The position numbers and the translations under genes were made by a program. From the NCBI GenBank assembly GCA_047495785.1, contig JBLDXI010000017.1, positions 2,604,001 through 2,668,000 of the forward strand: DNA of 64,000 nt. The letters run 5' to 3'. Positions 23,475-36,720 of this stretch are shown here, piece by piece. The first letter of the stretch is position 1. Every line of letters starts with the position of its first letter. Below the pieces are notes generated by a model. The model was not told the origin of the DNA and did no database searches. It saw nothing but the letters and a program-made list of their open reading frames with translations. Source of the stretch: Lepidodermella squamata (Eukaryota; Animalia; Gastrotricha).

Positions 23475-25081
23475 ATGTTACTTCTGGAAATGTCGCCTGT
23501 CAAATGGACTATTTTTGTATTAATCCTATCCGTGGCATTTTGCCAACTGACCTCCGGCGCGAGAACCATCAATACTACCAATAACACTAACAGAAATCGA
23601 AAGAATGCCACCCGACCTGCGACAGCAAGTAGCTTAAGGGGCCAGCAGCAGCAGCAGCAGCAGCAGCAACAGCAACAGCAGCAGAGAGGTCCACTACAAC
23701 GTATGGCCACGGTCCCTGTGAGGCAGTCGGATAGCGAAGCTATGCGTAACTACAACGATAATTTTGTGTATAAACCCAGCCAGCAGTGGAAGCCGATGGG
23801 ATCTTTTGATGCTGCCAGCATTCCACCATGGCTAATGGACATGCTGAACAGTTTGCTGGGTGGCAACAACGCCAACAGCAACAGCAATCCAAGCAACACC
23901 AACCTGATGCAATCCACTCCTATGCCAGCTACCACAACAACAGTTTCGACGTCCAAGTTGCCTCCCGCTGTTCCAATTTTGACGCAATCGACGTCAATGA
24001 GAACGGCGCTGCCTTTACCGACAACTACAAGCTTCAATCCGCTTTCATCCATTTGTGGAACGAATAAATTTTCAACAAACACTCGAAGTGCTGCTTACAT
24101 CCCGAACCCGAATTTGAAGATTGTAGGAGGTAATTTTGAAAATGAGCTGAAAATAGGTTGGAAATATTATTATCCGGGCTTGAATAGGCACCGATTCCGA
24201 GGTCAACGAGGTTCCATGGCAAGTTCGCATCATGGCGTCAACATCTCGTGGCACGGCTTTGTGCGGAGGAACTCTCCTCAACAATATCGCTGTTTTGACG
24301 GCTGCTCATTGCGTGATGGATAGGTTTGTTGCATTGAAACACTCGTGAATGAAAAATAACAGAAATCTAAAACTATTATATTCAATCAGGTCCGCTACAA
24401 TCAGGGTGTTTTTAGGAGATTTTTCGATTGCAGCCCCAGACTCTGGCGAAGTTCAAGTGGCTGTAAGCAAAGTCATAGTCCACCCAAGTTACTCCACGAC
24501 ACTAAACAATTACGATTTCGCGATAATTCTATTAGCAAGTAATAGAAGCTTTTCCCACTGATTGCGCCAAAAATACATTATTTTTCGCTGTTTCAGGAGA
24601 AGTGAAATTTACCGACGCAATTAGGCCTGCTTGTCTGCCTAAAACCGATGACAACGATTTCAGTGGTACTACCAGCGTAATTACTGGCTGGGGAAGGTTG
24701 GAGGAAAGTAATTCGCGTCTACCAGATACTCTTCAGAAGGCGCCTACTCGCATTACCTCACAGTCGTATTGCAAGCAGATTTATAACCGAGGAAAAATTC
24801 AAATTTTCCCTCAGATGATTTGCGCGAACGCACCGGGAGGTAAGCAATCTCACCTTTGAAAATCTGAAAAGATCATCAAATTAATTTAATATTTAGTTGA
24901 CACTTGTCAAGGCGATTCTGGCGGTCCTCTGACAACGCTCGTAAATGGGCGCTTCACTGTGATTGGTGTAACGTCGTTTGGAATTGGTTGCGGGCAGTCT
25001 TTTCCCGGCGTCTACTCCCGTGTTAGTTCAGTTCTGCCTTGGATTCAAGCAAATGCTGGTAATTACGGCTCTCCACCTTGA
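23475..25081 (+). CDS. Secreted trypsin-like S1A serine protease with a long low-complexity Q/N/T-rich pro-region
   Basis: Signal peptide, K|IVGG activation site, CGG, TAAHC, DFAII, PACLP, GWG and [11 protein letters not shown]. The catalytic triad is intact and Asp189 implies trypsin specificity. Four short introns. Confidence 0.93.
23643..23684 (+). repeat. CAG/CAA repeat encoding Q14
   Basis: Direct reading of the sequence. Confidence 0.95.
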
Positions 25082-25997
25082 ATATTGTTTTAGAATTTAG
25101 CATAGGACCGTTTATACATATTTTGTTGTAAACACTTCATGTTTTTAATTGCATAAAAATTTGCAATGTGATTTTCGAGCATTGTTCCCCAACTCTCGTA
25201 GCGTATGCTCTATTTGCGGTCCGGTTTTCCGTGTTGAATCTCGGCTATCTACGTGTGAAGTAGAACAAAAAAATAGTCTCGTGTTGCATAAGCACCGTAA
25301 ATATTTAATAAAAGTGAAAGATTGAGGAATTATCGTTCACAAGTGCGTAAAATGCGTAGAATGAAGTCTTCATAGTGCGATAATATGCGGTTGAGAGAGC
25401 GCTCGGCATGAGCCGATTCGATGATTGATGAGTGCATCCTCGCCTGCATACAGTCAAATTATATGCGGAAGTATTGAATACCTATCATCAGTCCAGTCTA
25501 AATATGATATCGCAATAAATTCCCCAGCCAAGCCAGTGGTTGTAAACGGCGCACAGCGAATGATTTCATCTACGTGGAGCCAGCAGTGCAATCATCATTG
25601 CCAGCCCTCCGTAGGCGCACTGCTCTCTCTCTTGGCACAAGTTTCATACGAGCATGTTACATTGAAATATTATGATAAAAAATCGCGCGAATAAAACGAT
25701 AATACGATAATCACTACGAACTTGCGGTATGATTATTCAAATAATGTTAGAGCGATTTATTCGGTTAAGCGTTTCACCATTTGTTTTTCCTGTATCGCAT
25801 ATTTGGATTATGGTTTTTTTTGTGTAGAAGTATCCACAATATTCTAGATGCGCGGAGATTCTGCCGATATCCGCAGGTGTGAAGGCACAATCTGTTGAGC
25901 ATTTCATTTTAACAGTCGCTTCTGTTCTTCACCCTTAGAATACTGTAATCACCTTATATACTAAAAATGCCCTTAAATTTAGATTAATTTATTAGCA

Positions 25998-27059
25998 ATG
26001 ATGGCAGGTGCTGCAGCCTGTGCTGCTGGGTCAGCATATCGGAAACGAAGTTCGCTCGCGTTTATTTTCATGCATTCCCAAGGTAGTCCTAGCGATCGCC
26101 AATCATCAAAAATACACCAAGCATCCCAGAAACCGATACCCGGAGCTTACCATGCTCACAGCACTACTGGTAAAAAACGGAAAATCGATCCACAATTGGC
26201 TAAGGACCAGCTACCCCGATTCTACAACCCTGCAGATCCGCCGAAAATCTCAGTTCCAGTAGACACCGATGATGAAACTTCGGCCGTTTATGCCAGCAAT
26301 CTTGACCGGCAACACAACAGGCTTAGTTTCCAAGCTTCTAATTCATCAGTCAACGACAATCCTCGCCCGCCCCTGATGGTGGTTGTTGATAACGCTGTGG
26401 TATCAACTTCGGATCAATCTTATAGCGACAGCTACTATCCACCGGATCCTTCAGTAGCAGCTACAACATCGAAAAACCAACAAAATAAAAGAGGGCAAGC
26501 GGTTCGTGGGCGCAGATTGAGACGATCATCGAGTTGGAAGCAGCCTGGGCCTTTAACAAGAGCCATTCCATACATATCAAAAACGGAGCTAGCCTATTTA
26601 TGCTGCTTCATAAATGTTGTTCTCCCAGGATTTGGTAAGATATAAAGCTACGAGGGACATCCATATACTATTTTGTCGTTTATAGGAACCTTACTGGCTG
26701 CAATCATTGGTGGAGTGCGGCCATCCTTGGCAAAATCAGAATTTTCTCCTAAAAATACTTTTCTATGGAACCTTCTGGCAGCTGGTCTCCAATTACTTTT
26801 TGCGCCTGTTTTGTTTGGGTGGATTTATGGCATTCTATGGGGAATGGAGGCAATCGAACGCTCACGATTACTAGCCATCGCAAGATTAGCTGAGAAAAGA
26901 CAGAATATCGCAGATAACTCAGAAAATCGAAGGCTTGAAGATAACGTTCGGTTTTCGACGAAGCCCTTGGTCAGCAATAATCAGCCTGAAGATGATATTC
27001 ATATCAACCTTAAAAATGATCAGCCTGAGAATGTTCGTATCGGTCAGGATTGCAATTAG
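25998..27059 (+). CDS. Stum/SPEC3-like membrane protein (2 coding exons)
   Basis: AIPY...LCCFINVVLPGFG|TLLAA...NLLAAGLQLLFAPVLFGWIYGILWG matches the stum/SPEC3 family pattern, after a long disordered N-terminus. Confidence 0.8.
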
Positions 27060-27302
27060 AAGAAGACTTCATTTGTGCATGAAACGCATAACAGCCAGCG
27101 TTTCGTATGTTAACTTTATGTTGAGGAATGATTCTATATGAATCTTATCGCGAGACGACATATTGATCAAAGCTGGTATCATGAATTCTGAAAGATGCAA
27201 TCAAGTAAATACACTTCACATCCATGCAATTCGTGACTTAATTTTAAACTTTTGCCTGCTAATCAAGTGGCATTTCAGGCCCTCGTTTTGATAGTAAAGC
27301 CA

Positions 27303-27934
27303 TCTATTATATATTATAATTTCTGTGTTGGTGTTGTTGTGCCAGACAAGAAAGAGTACAAGGTTAACATCAAAAGATAGGTACCGTATCGCTTCATCAT
27401 CCTCAAATTAATACCGAAAATCTCGTGAAAGCTTTTTCCATCAAGTTTCAAGAGACCGGATATACTGCTGGCGGCATCGAATAGCCTCATCGGAACAGTC
27501 ATTTTCAACCTAAATGGTAGCTGTTAGTACAATTTTCCGCCATAATTGATAAATGATATAGCTGGCGTGTAACGACTCGGCCATTTTTTTAATCTACATA
27601 ATCTAATGATTTATGCATCCTTACTCCTATAGAGGCGCTGTCCCGTTGCAAGATTTTGCAAGGACACGGCGAATTAATAATCGGGCGTTTGTTATAAGAA
27701 AAGGCCGGCTGCAATACCGAAATATTATCGTTGCCCGCGATTCTGGCGTCTTTTTGGTCAAATAAACCATGGCAGCTCCATGACATTTTTGCATATTCTT
27801 GAAGGTCAGCATGCAGCTTGTAAACTATGATAAAGTTTACCTCAGAGTCCACCTCAAAAAGTCCTTTCGATTCGATTTGCGGTGGGAATGGGCAGGTGGG
27901 CAGGTCCCCGGACTCCTCCGGGGACTGCTGTTAG
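27303..27934 (+). mobile_element. Probable non-autonomous Helitron
   Basis: 5' end A|TCTATTATATATTATAA. 3' GC-rich hairpin GTCCCCGGA-ctcc-TCCGGGGAC (27904-27925) followed after 5 nt by TTAG|T, a CTAG variant. Sits between A and T with no TSD. Confidence 0.55.
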
Positions 27935-28890
27935 TCGGAAGACGAGAGTTTGTCCAGGACGCATGCGGCAGACTTCCGTCGATTTCCTTGTTAATTTCTT
28001 GCAAATCTTTTTAACTTTTTTGAATACTTATTTTAATCAATTTTATTTCTATGAATATTCAAATTTATGCAAATTAGGTCTCGCCTAATTTAGAGGAGAG
28101 ACGTCTTAGTGCTCGTGCTGGGTTTACCCTCATCGACAGATTTTGTGTAGAGTGAGAGGCGGAAACTTCGACGAGAGCAGCATATTGTTACACGGTTGTC
28201 GCGCAGTCCTGTTTGAAAACTAAGGAAGCCTTGCGGAGTGGAGTATTAACTGCGCCACACGAGAATAACTTATTGAGGGAGGGTTCTGTTTCAAAAGGAG
28301 GTAGAACAACAAAGCCGCGTGAGATCTACCCCACTCCGCTCGCCCTGCTCGCTCCGTCTCGCAGTTACAATGTGAGAAGAGAAGCAGCGGAGTATTAACT
28401 GCGCCACTGGCGAGACGGTAGGCTCATAACATCACTCCATCGGTATCAGTGAGCGGTGCATAATCACACTGACAACTGATATGCAAAGAACGGTTGAGAC
28501 AATTTCCGTTTCAAAATGAGCTAGACGAACGAAGCCGCGACATTGTGGGATGTCTTTCAATGATTTAGTCAGCTGAGTATTTCACTGAAAATCACTGAAG
28601 CCTGCGTCATTGCAGTTAACAAATGAGATTGCATACAGCTAAATTGACTCTGATTGCGCTTCTGATTCACATACGATACTTTTCCAATGCCCCCCTCGCC
28701 TTCAATTCAACATTAGTAGGCACCAGCATACGATGATCAGAGCAGAACGCCGCGTCACTGATGTGTGTTTTATCACTGTAACACTTATTCACACCGTTCG
28801 ATAGTAGTCGATCAAATGTCCTGTGTCGAAGACTTCTGATTTTCACTGATCATCGTTTCATTCGGTCAACTGAGAGTAAATATACTGCTG

Positions 28891-29453
28891 CATTATACTC
28901 CCGTTTTGCAGGTCAAATGTCACACGTGCACACGTGATCAAAACGTGTGATCAAAACACTAAACTTTTAGGTTGTTGCTTGTTGTTAAGTTGGTGGTGGT
29001 TTCGTCATTTCGTCAATTCGTCACTTTGAAAAACTTCCAAAAGGCCGAAAAAACTTAGAAAAAATAAAAAAAATGATATGAGCTGGAGTCGAACTATCAA
29101 CCTCTGGCTTGGAGTGCTAGTGCTGGAACCACTAAGCAAGCAAGTTGTCTTAAAATCGTGTGCATCTATCTTGTTGAAGTATGCTTTAACTGTGGCCTAT
29201 ATCAATTGATTCTAAGACGGGTCCCATGTGTCTCCTGTGTGGTTTAGTGGTTCAAGCTATAGCTCAGGAAACCAGAGGTTGATAGTTCGACTCCAGCTCA
29301 CAACATTTTTTTAATATTTTTTTTTCATAGTGACGAGATGACGAAATGACGAAACTACCACACTAGCAACAACCTAAAAGTTTAGTGTTTTGATCACACG
29401 TTTTGATCACGTGTGCACGTGTGACCTTTGACCTGCAAAACGGGAGTATAATG
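28891..29453. mobile_element. Palindromic MITE-like element with ~90-bp near-perfect TIRs and two internal inverted tRNA-derived cassettes
   Basis: CATTATACTCCCGTTTTGCAGGTCAAA...GGTTGTTGCT at the left is the reverse complement of the right end. Interior symmetry continues to the centre. Confidence 0.88.
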
Positions 29454-32400
29454 TGTCACACGACGCCTGCAATGCCATTGAAATGTGATTGCAGACTACA
29501 ATTCCCGCTTCTCTTGTGCGTATGATTCGCAGATGGCACACTCTCAACATCCACACTTTTTCTAGGTCAAAAGCACGGTTGCCGTTGTTGAGAACAATGT
29601 TCAACATTGGTTACATTGTTTATTTTTGTTCAACATCCGAACTCCGAACACATGAATCATCTGATTTATAGATAGCTAAAGATTGCTGCTCCTTGAGGAA
29701 TCTCCGGAGTCATTCTAGACTTATTTACAGAATTATGTACTCTTTTCTCAATGATAATCACGCTGTGTTATCTTTGAGTTAAAATTAATAACTGATCAGT
29801 GATCAGTGATCAATGACATGTGAGTTTCGTATCTAATAAAGAGCAAGTAATATCGGAAGAAAGCTTCCCTACGACATAGCTAACCTCTATTCAATACCTT
29901 ATCATCAGTAATAGTTTAGTTTTGTATTCGAAAAACTATTATCAGAAGAACGCTTTTATATGAGAGAGCTAATTCCTCTAAGGGTACGCATTCCGAGATC
30001 TAACCTTTACGCATCTAGAGAGATCAGAAGCATAATGCTGAGAGATGAAGCTACCCTGAGAGGTCTTCGCAAATGGAATAATATTGACATCAGCCATCAG
30101 CCACAATCCAATTAGTTTGTGTTAATTTTATTCCACTTGAATAATCTTGAACTTCTAGATCTTCTCAGAAATTTACCGGGTGAATTCCTTGGAGATTAAT
30201 ATATCGAGCGCAATTGTGCTTCCAATTTGGATTTTGAGTTTGCATATTTTTCGTTAGAAGAGTGATAGAACCGAGAGAAATTCGGAGTTCAGAATCGCCA
30301 ATAAGCCCAGAAGTGTGGATGCTTATCATTCATCATTATCCGCGTTGAACGATCCTTACCTGAGCATTTGAGCTCAACCACAGAAAGGCACCATAAAAAG
30401 CACAGAGAGACATAAGTTTTGTTCTCTATGATCTCAAGTTGCTCGTTTGCTAAATGAGTGTTGGCTTTGACTCACTGGTATAACTTCTTTAAAACGAAGA
30501 ACAAATGCACTCGCTAACTCACAGTTAGAGTTAAAGTTTTGATTCGATTATTACAGATGGCCACTGCGGTTACGTAAATGTCAGCACTCGTGCGAGTTCG
30601 AAGTTATCAATTCAACTCAGCATGACATCAACGTGGTCTGTACCAAAACTAAGATATTTTAGATTGACGGCGCAGATAAATCATACCTCTAGAGACAAAT
30701 TGAGATGCGCAACTAAGCACAATAAAACTGAATGAAGAATTCCGATGAGAGCTTGCAGGAGCTAGTAAAACTGAGTTGTGGGAACAGCTGATCGAACGCG
30801 CCGATACTCGCTGGTGTCATGCAGTGAACACATTGAAAACGCATCGTCACGCTGACTGCATGCTTTGATCGTCTAGCTAGGGCTGGGTGACTTACTCAAT
30901 GCCACGAACATCTGACCGCTGCTCTACTCGAACTCTTGACTCTTTTGAATGGGAGATCTGATATTTCAAGCTGGCCGCTGGCTTTTCTAGCCGCTGGCTC
31001 TTACTAGACCTTTTCTATATAAAACATAAAACTCCTTTTTTCCGCAAGACAACGCAAGACAATGGGACCTGCCCATTACGCCACGCTGCAAGCGCAGCGC
31101 AGCGGCGTAAGAAAATCGTTCGTTGCACGTGCATGAGAATTTCCGCGCTCGATATTAAGCGATTTTGTATTAGATTTGTATTTAAATTTATTTCAAAGCC
31201 TAATTTAGTATCAATTTTAAAATAAAAATTTGTTGATGAATAGTTTTTCACATAAATTTTTGGTTTATCACAATGTGTATGCAAGTGAAATATTTAAATC
31301 TATTTAGACCTCGACATATTTAAAAATTTTATGGCGTTAAAAAATAGTAAAAAAATTAATAATCAAATTTGGAAAAGTATAAATGCCCTTTAAGAGCAAA
31401 AATAATGAGAATAAATTAAAAGAAGTTGTTTTGTTTGAGTTTCTCCACGTGTTTTCATGTTCTTGGCACTCGACGCGTTTTACACAGTAGCGAAGTGCTG
31501 AATGTAGTGCATCTCCCGTTTGGCCTGATTTTCTGGCTTGTTGTTGTCTTTCAGCTTGTTCCTGCAGCTTAACAATAAGCATACGTATTTCAGCTGCTCT
31601 TTGATCATGTTATTATTGCTGCTAATCAGTATAGTGACTTTTGAGTTAACACCTTGAAACTTATGCCATCAGAGTTACTTTGAGATTGGAACTTGGACAT
31701 CATTTTCTTTCATCCAGCTTCTCAACACCGTCCAAGTATAATGCCGTGGTCATTATTTCTTATTTAATTAGCTTTCATTTGCCTGGACGCCGCTCAGCTT
31801 TAAGCTTTAGCTTAAATCCTGTAACACAGTGAATTTTGATCTTTGAGCCATGTTTTTGATTATCTTAATTGACTCGTCATGCAGCTGTTTCATGTGTTAA
31901 GCTTTGTTAGTGCTAGATTAAAGTGGTTGTTATTCTTCGATGCCTTCAGTTCGTCATTTCATTTGACTCAATTCATCATTATGGCCAATTTCTAGCCCAT
32001 AAATTGATCACCAGAACATCTATGATAATTTCCTGGGCGTCTTTGGGATCTTTTTGTAAATCTTCTTGGATCTTCTTGTCGAACATTGGAGTGAATCTTA
32101 TCAGCTAAACATGGAATGCTTGTAGTTTTCTAACTGCTAGTAACAGGATACTGATGTGATGGAACTTTGAAGATTGACTTAATTTGGAAGATTTTTCATG
32201 CTTGATTTTGACAATGACTCTTCTTAAGTTAGTCAAGAAAGTCAGTTACTTGATTGCTTGCAGTCACCGACTTTCATTATTTATTCACTTAGATCCGCAG
32301 GCTTTCATGTTTCGCTAATCAAGATTGAATTTGGATTTCTCGTTACATTTCCGTTGTCAAGTTTCACTTCAAATCTTTGATTTAAGTGTTGATCGATAGT

Positions 32401-34578
32401 CTCTCAGTTATTGACGATTGACGATCTACACGAGTTACGTCAACATATGATTTATTGATTATTGTATCAGTAATGATGTTTTGGGCCTAGTCTGTGAAGT
32501 CTGCTGGTATAAATTTGCACTGTAACTGCTCAGGATCATGTCTCGGATGAGCTCTGAGCTTTGCTTAGCTCGTCTCTTAGCTTAGCTTTGCTTAGCCACC
32601 TATGTTTCAATTCTTCTAACAAAAAGTCTTATCACTTATCTCTTATCACTGCTCATAATGGTATCCTCTTGAATTACATAGAATTGTTTGATTTAAGATG
32701 CCGAAAATCAGCGGCCTTCGACGAAGCTATTTCGATTTTCTCAATCAAGTCCTTTAACCGGTCATCTCGGCTGACGAGTCGCGCTATCAATGGCCAACAA
32801 CTGCCGCTTCAGCATGCTTGCATTATCTAATCTCTTAAGCGGTAATTCTACATTCAATGCTGACGAAAATCATCGAGCTTCTAACTTCCTCAATTTCGCT
32901 CAAAATGGTATTCTGCGGCCGGTCTTCATCTAAAGCGTCAGTCCTGGAGTATTACTGGGTCGCTCTTGAACGAACTTGCATGCAAATTCGTGGCTGTGGC
33001 TTCGATTACGTGCAAATTAAGCCCATTTTTTCGAGCAGTTACGAACGAATGGCTCCTGATTGATCGATAATTATCAATGACGTTTAACGGAATACTTATC
33101 TGCTTGCCTGCAATTGGATTCTTTTCAAGATTGACACTAATATTATGAACTGTATCATGAAAATCTATGGTCTATTGGATTGTTAATTCAATTTTGTAAT
33201 GATTAATATCATTTGTGAATGCCTGTTTTGAATGACAGAAAATTGATGTTCTAAAGAGTTTCTGAATAAAATATTGGGTGTATAACATTCTCGTCTTGAT
33301 TTACCGGTGAATATCATTGATTCCAGTAATTTGCAGCAGCAGAAGAATTGATAAGATAAAAAGTTGGAGAGCAGCCTAGACCTAGATCGCCCACCAGACC
33401 CCGGAAAATCCTAAAAATGTGGTTACCGCGCTCACTGCAAGCAAGCTAGGCAACACTAACTAGCCAATTTTAACACAAGATTGCGTGGCATGACTTGCTG
33501 AATGCGCCAGGAATCAATTGCAGACCTTGCAAGAGTGCTAGAACTCTCAGAAATGAAACAGGCGGGGCGTGACTGTTTATCGAAAAAGCCCAAAAAAACC
33601 ACTAAAACGACGCTAAAACCTCGCAACCATTATAGCAACAGGCTAAATTCGCATGCAGCAAATTTATCGCTGCAAAACAATTTAAATATTTTACAATAAT
33701 GTATTTTCAGTTTTAATTTTATTTTTGGTGTATGTTTATGCCGGGGCAAAAATATCCTTGAACAGGGCCTAATGCCGCCGTTACGTCGAATTTTTAGTTT
33801 CGCCGCTCACATATTGATTTTGATTTGGATGGATTTTTTGTGGCAATGAAGTCGCCAGAATGGGCTGGATGCCGAGTTTTGAGTTGAAAGGTAGTTAACT
33901 GTTAACTGCAGACCGCCTGAAAGCGCGAATCGAAAGCGAATGATGCATAGATAAACACATATATGCAGTTTTGCGAGGAACCCTTCGTGCGCTAACTGAC
34001 TTTATTTCAAAAACCTTCATCATGAGTCTATCATGAAACCCTGAACTGGGTGCAAAGTCGAAGTATTAGTCGGAGGACTGGCGACTGAACTAATATGAGC
34101 GACGAGCGACTAAACTCTCATAAACCCAGCCAGATAGAACATTAGCGCAACTTTTCGGCCGCATTTGACGGAAATTTTACGTAATGTAGATTGTGAACCA
34201 TGATCCCGGATCCCGGCTTACTGAATCGCAATACTTACTCAGTCATAAGCAAAATATGGCAGTACGCAGTACTGAGTAGTGAGTATTGTTTGCGCATGCA
34301 AGCTAGCGGTTATTATCGATTACCGCATTTCTTCCATCCGCCTCGAAGCCCTTTAAATGCTGCATGTTGATAACTGTTTGAAATTACCTGAATTTAAATG
34401 CATATTTATACATGCACGTTTCGCAGTTGCTACAGTATATTCATATTGTGCAGCTGCCTGCCGATCCTTTATGAAGGAAGCGTCTTTGTGTTGTACTGTT
34501 GCTCACCTTAATATGCAATCGCTTGTTATAAGTCCTAATTGATTTTTCTTTTCAATTAGGTTTCAATTGATCGATATT

Positions 34579-35470
34579 ATGAAAACTAGAAAAGCAATCG
34601 AAGAGTGCAAGAAAACAGGAGCATTTGAGTTGGAGCTGATCGAGAAAGGCATTACGGGCCTTGAAAAATATGAAGTGTTCGGGCAACTCGGTCATCTGCT
34701 CAAATTATCGCTAGCTCACAATAAGATCACGCGTTTGCCTGCTTCTCTGAGGGGACTTGTATCCTTAGAGCTGCTTAACATCTTCGACAACCATTTACAG
34801 GAATTTGGTGATGAGCTGCTTCATTGTATTTCCTTGAGAATCCTCATTCTAGGGTAAGCGGGCGCATATTGGAATTATTTCTTTATTTGATTCATGTATA
34901 TATAGAATAAACTGTCTAACAGCGATTCCGTCTTCGATTGGGATGATGAGAAATCTGCAGGTCTTGGACTTGTCATACAATTTCCTTCGCAACGATAGTT
35001 TTCCGGAGTCATTTTGGCGTCTTGACAACCTCCGCGCGTTGTATTTGGCCGACAACGACTTGACAGAGCTCCCAACAAATATTTATCGCCTCGAAAAGCT
35101 CGAAATTCTCAACGTTCGCGGAAACGATTTAACTAGTCTTCCGGCTCAGATCGGTCATTTGACCCGATTGCGCGAATTCAATGCACAAGGCAATCGTCTT
35201 TCCCTGTTACCGCCTGAATTCGGCGACCTCAATTTTGTAGGGCCTGCTGCGAGTTTGCAGCTTGAATTCAATCCTTGGATGCCTCAACTCGAGAAGCGGA
35301 TGAAAACCGGCCTAGCGTCGTTTTTCGAATATTTACGCAATGCCGAGTATCGCAAGAGCTACGAACGCTTTTTGGCACAACTTCCCACTCAACCACCTCC
35401 TCGTAAAATTGACAAAGTCAGCAAAAAGAAATTGGCTGAATATTTGCCTTCAACTAAACAGGCGAAGTAA
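34579..35470 (+). CDS. RSU1: Ras suppressor protein 1 (LRR), 2 exons
   Basis: N-terminal ELELIEKGI, L.L.HNK, LQVLDLSYN.L...SFP..F..L..LRALYL.DND, QGNRL..LPPE.G.L, NPW, and C-terminal PPP...DK.SKK. Confidence 0.9.
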
Positions 35471-36720
35471 TAACTCTGGCTCATATGGTGCTATAAATTC
35501 ACATCTGCCTGTGGAAAGAAGTAGACTAGCTGGCTGTTAGACGGTCCTCCAAAGGAGCTGGTATAATTGATCAGAGTTCTACTGTTGCTAGTCCTCGAAA
35601 AGTGCTTTTATATTAGTGAGCCAATAAGCGTGCTGCCACGCATGTTCTTTCGAACGGTCTCATTTCTTAGTTTTTACTCGAATTTCTTCCCAACTTCGTT
35701 TTTAAGCGAACTGTGCTGTTTCACGACTTAATCAAAGATAGCATGTTTTCAATTAATGTCCGATTTTCTATCATTTGACACGTGCTACACTGCTGGGCGC
35801 TGCTTTTATTTACAATCTGTAATCATCTGCGCTACCGGATTCTGTTTTATATGCAATGATAGCGGTCGCTTCTTCACATATTATTTAGCTGTTGCTTATT
35901 ACTCATGTGCGTCGATGAAATTATTATTGTTATACATTTTATCATTTGCGTGCCGTTGTTTTGTACATGATGACGATTACAGTAAATAAAAGACTGATCA
36001 TATATGGATTTTGAGTATTATTTTATCTGAAGATCAAGGAGCGGGAATCAAGTCGCTTGATAAACCTATCAGCAGATATAGCTGATAGGTAGTCCCTGAT
36101 TTTTGCATAATATGGAGCGCACAATTTTCACATTTCTGTGCGTTAGCGACTCAAAGATCGAGTCCCTTCAATTATAACCGCAGATATTTTAACGTCATTC
36201 ACGGTGCCTCGAGTTGAGTTAGCTTATTCGGCGATATGCAGCGGTCTGAAAGGCGGCTCAAGAATGGCTTCATCTTTGCTGGATACCATAGAAAAGCTGT
36301 GAAATATGAAAATAGCAGTTTTTCCATTGTGCCCTATATTGACAGCTTAAACTTTAGGTAATAGTATCTTTTCTTGTCTTGTCTTGCGCCTCATTACTAA
36401 CAATTATTTCTTCAGCTTTTATCACAAAAAGAGTCAATTGGTTTTAACGCGTCTTTTATTAGCAGAAACAATCCTACACTTGAACAATAATTTCGAATCG
36501 AACACGACATCAAGAATGTTGTTCATACGTTGCACTTGAATTTATGTGGTTAAAAATCATTTTGATTAAAAAGACCGGGCTCTAAACCGTCATTTGGCCT
36601 CCCAAGCCTTGCTAGAAGGCGAGTAAGGGCCGTCAGGTGATAAACAAAAATAAAACTGTTCAGAGATGGACGTGTCGATATTTTGACAAATTGCGATCAA
36701 AGCTTGGATAGAGCGGGTGT

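Noticed and set aside
23438-23710. Poly-Cys ORF
   Set aside because: It is the antisense reading of the CAG repeat.
29079-29300. Functional tRNA genes
   Set aside because: The T-stem (GATAG/CCAGC) and acceptor stem do not pair properly, so these are tRNA-derived only.
29495-29506. ACTACAATTCCC (ZNF143/THAP11-type motif)
   Set aside because: A single short match in TE-rich DNA with no associated promoter evidence.
36064-36090. 10-bp hairpin ACCTATCAGC/GCTGATAGGT
   Set aside because: Isolated and too short for a pre-miRNA, with no other supporting signal.
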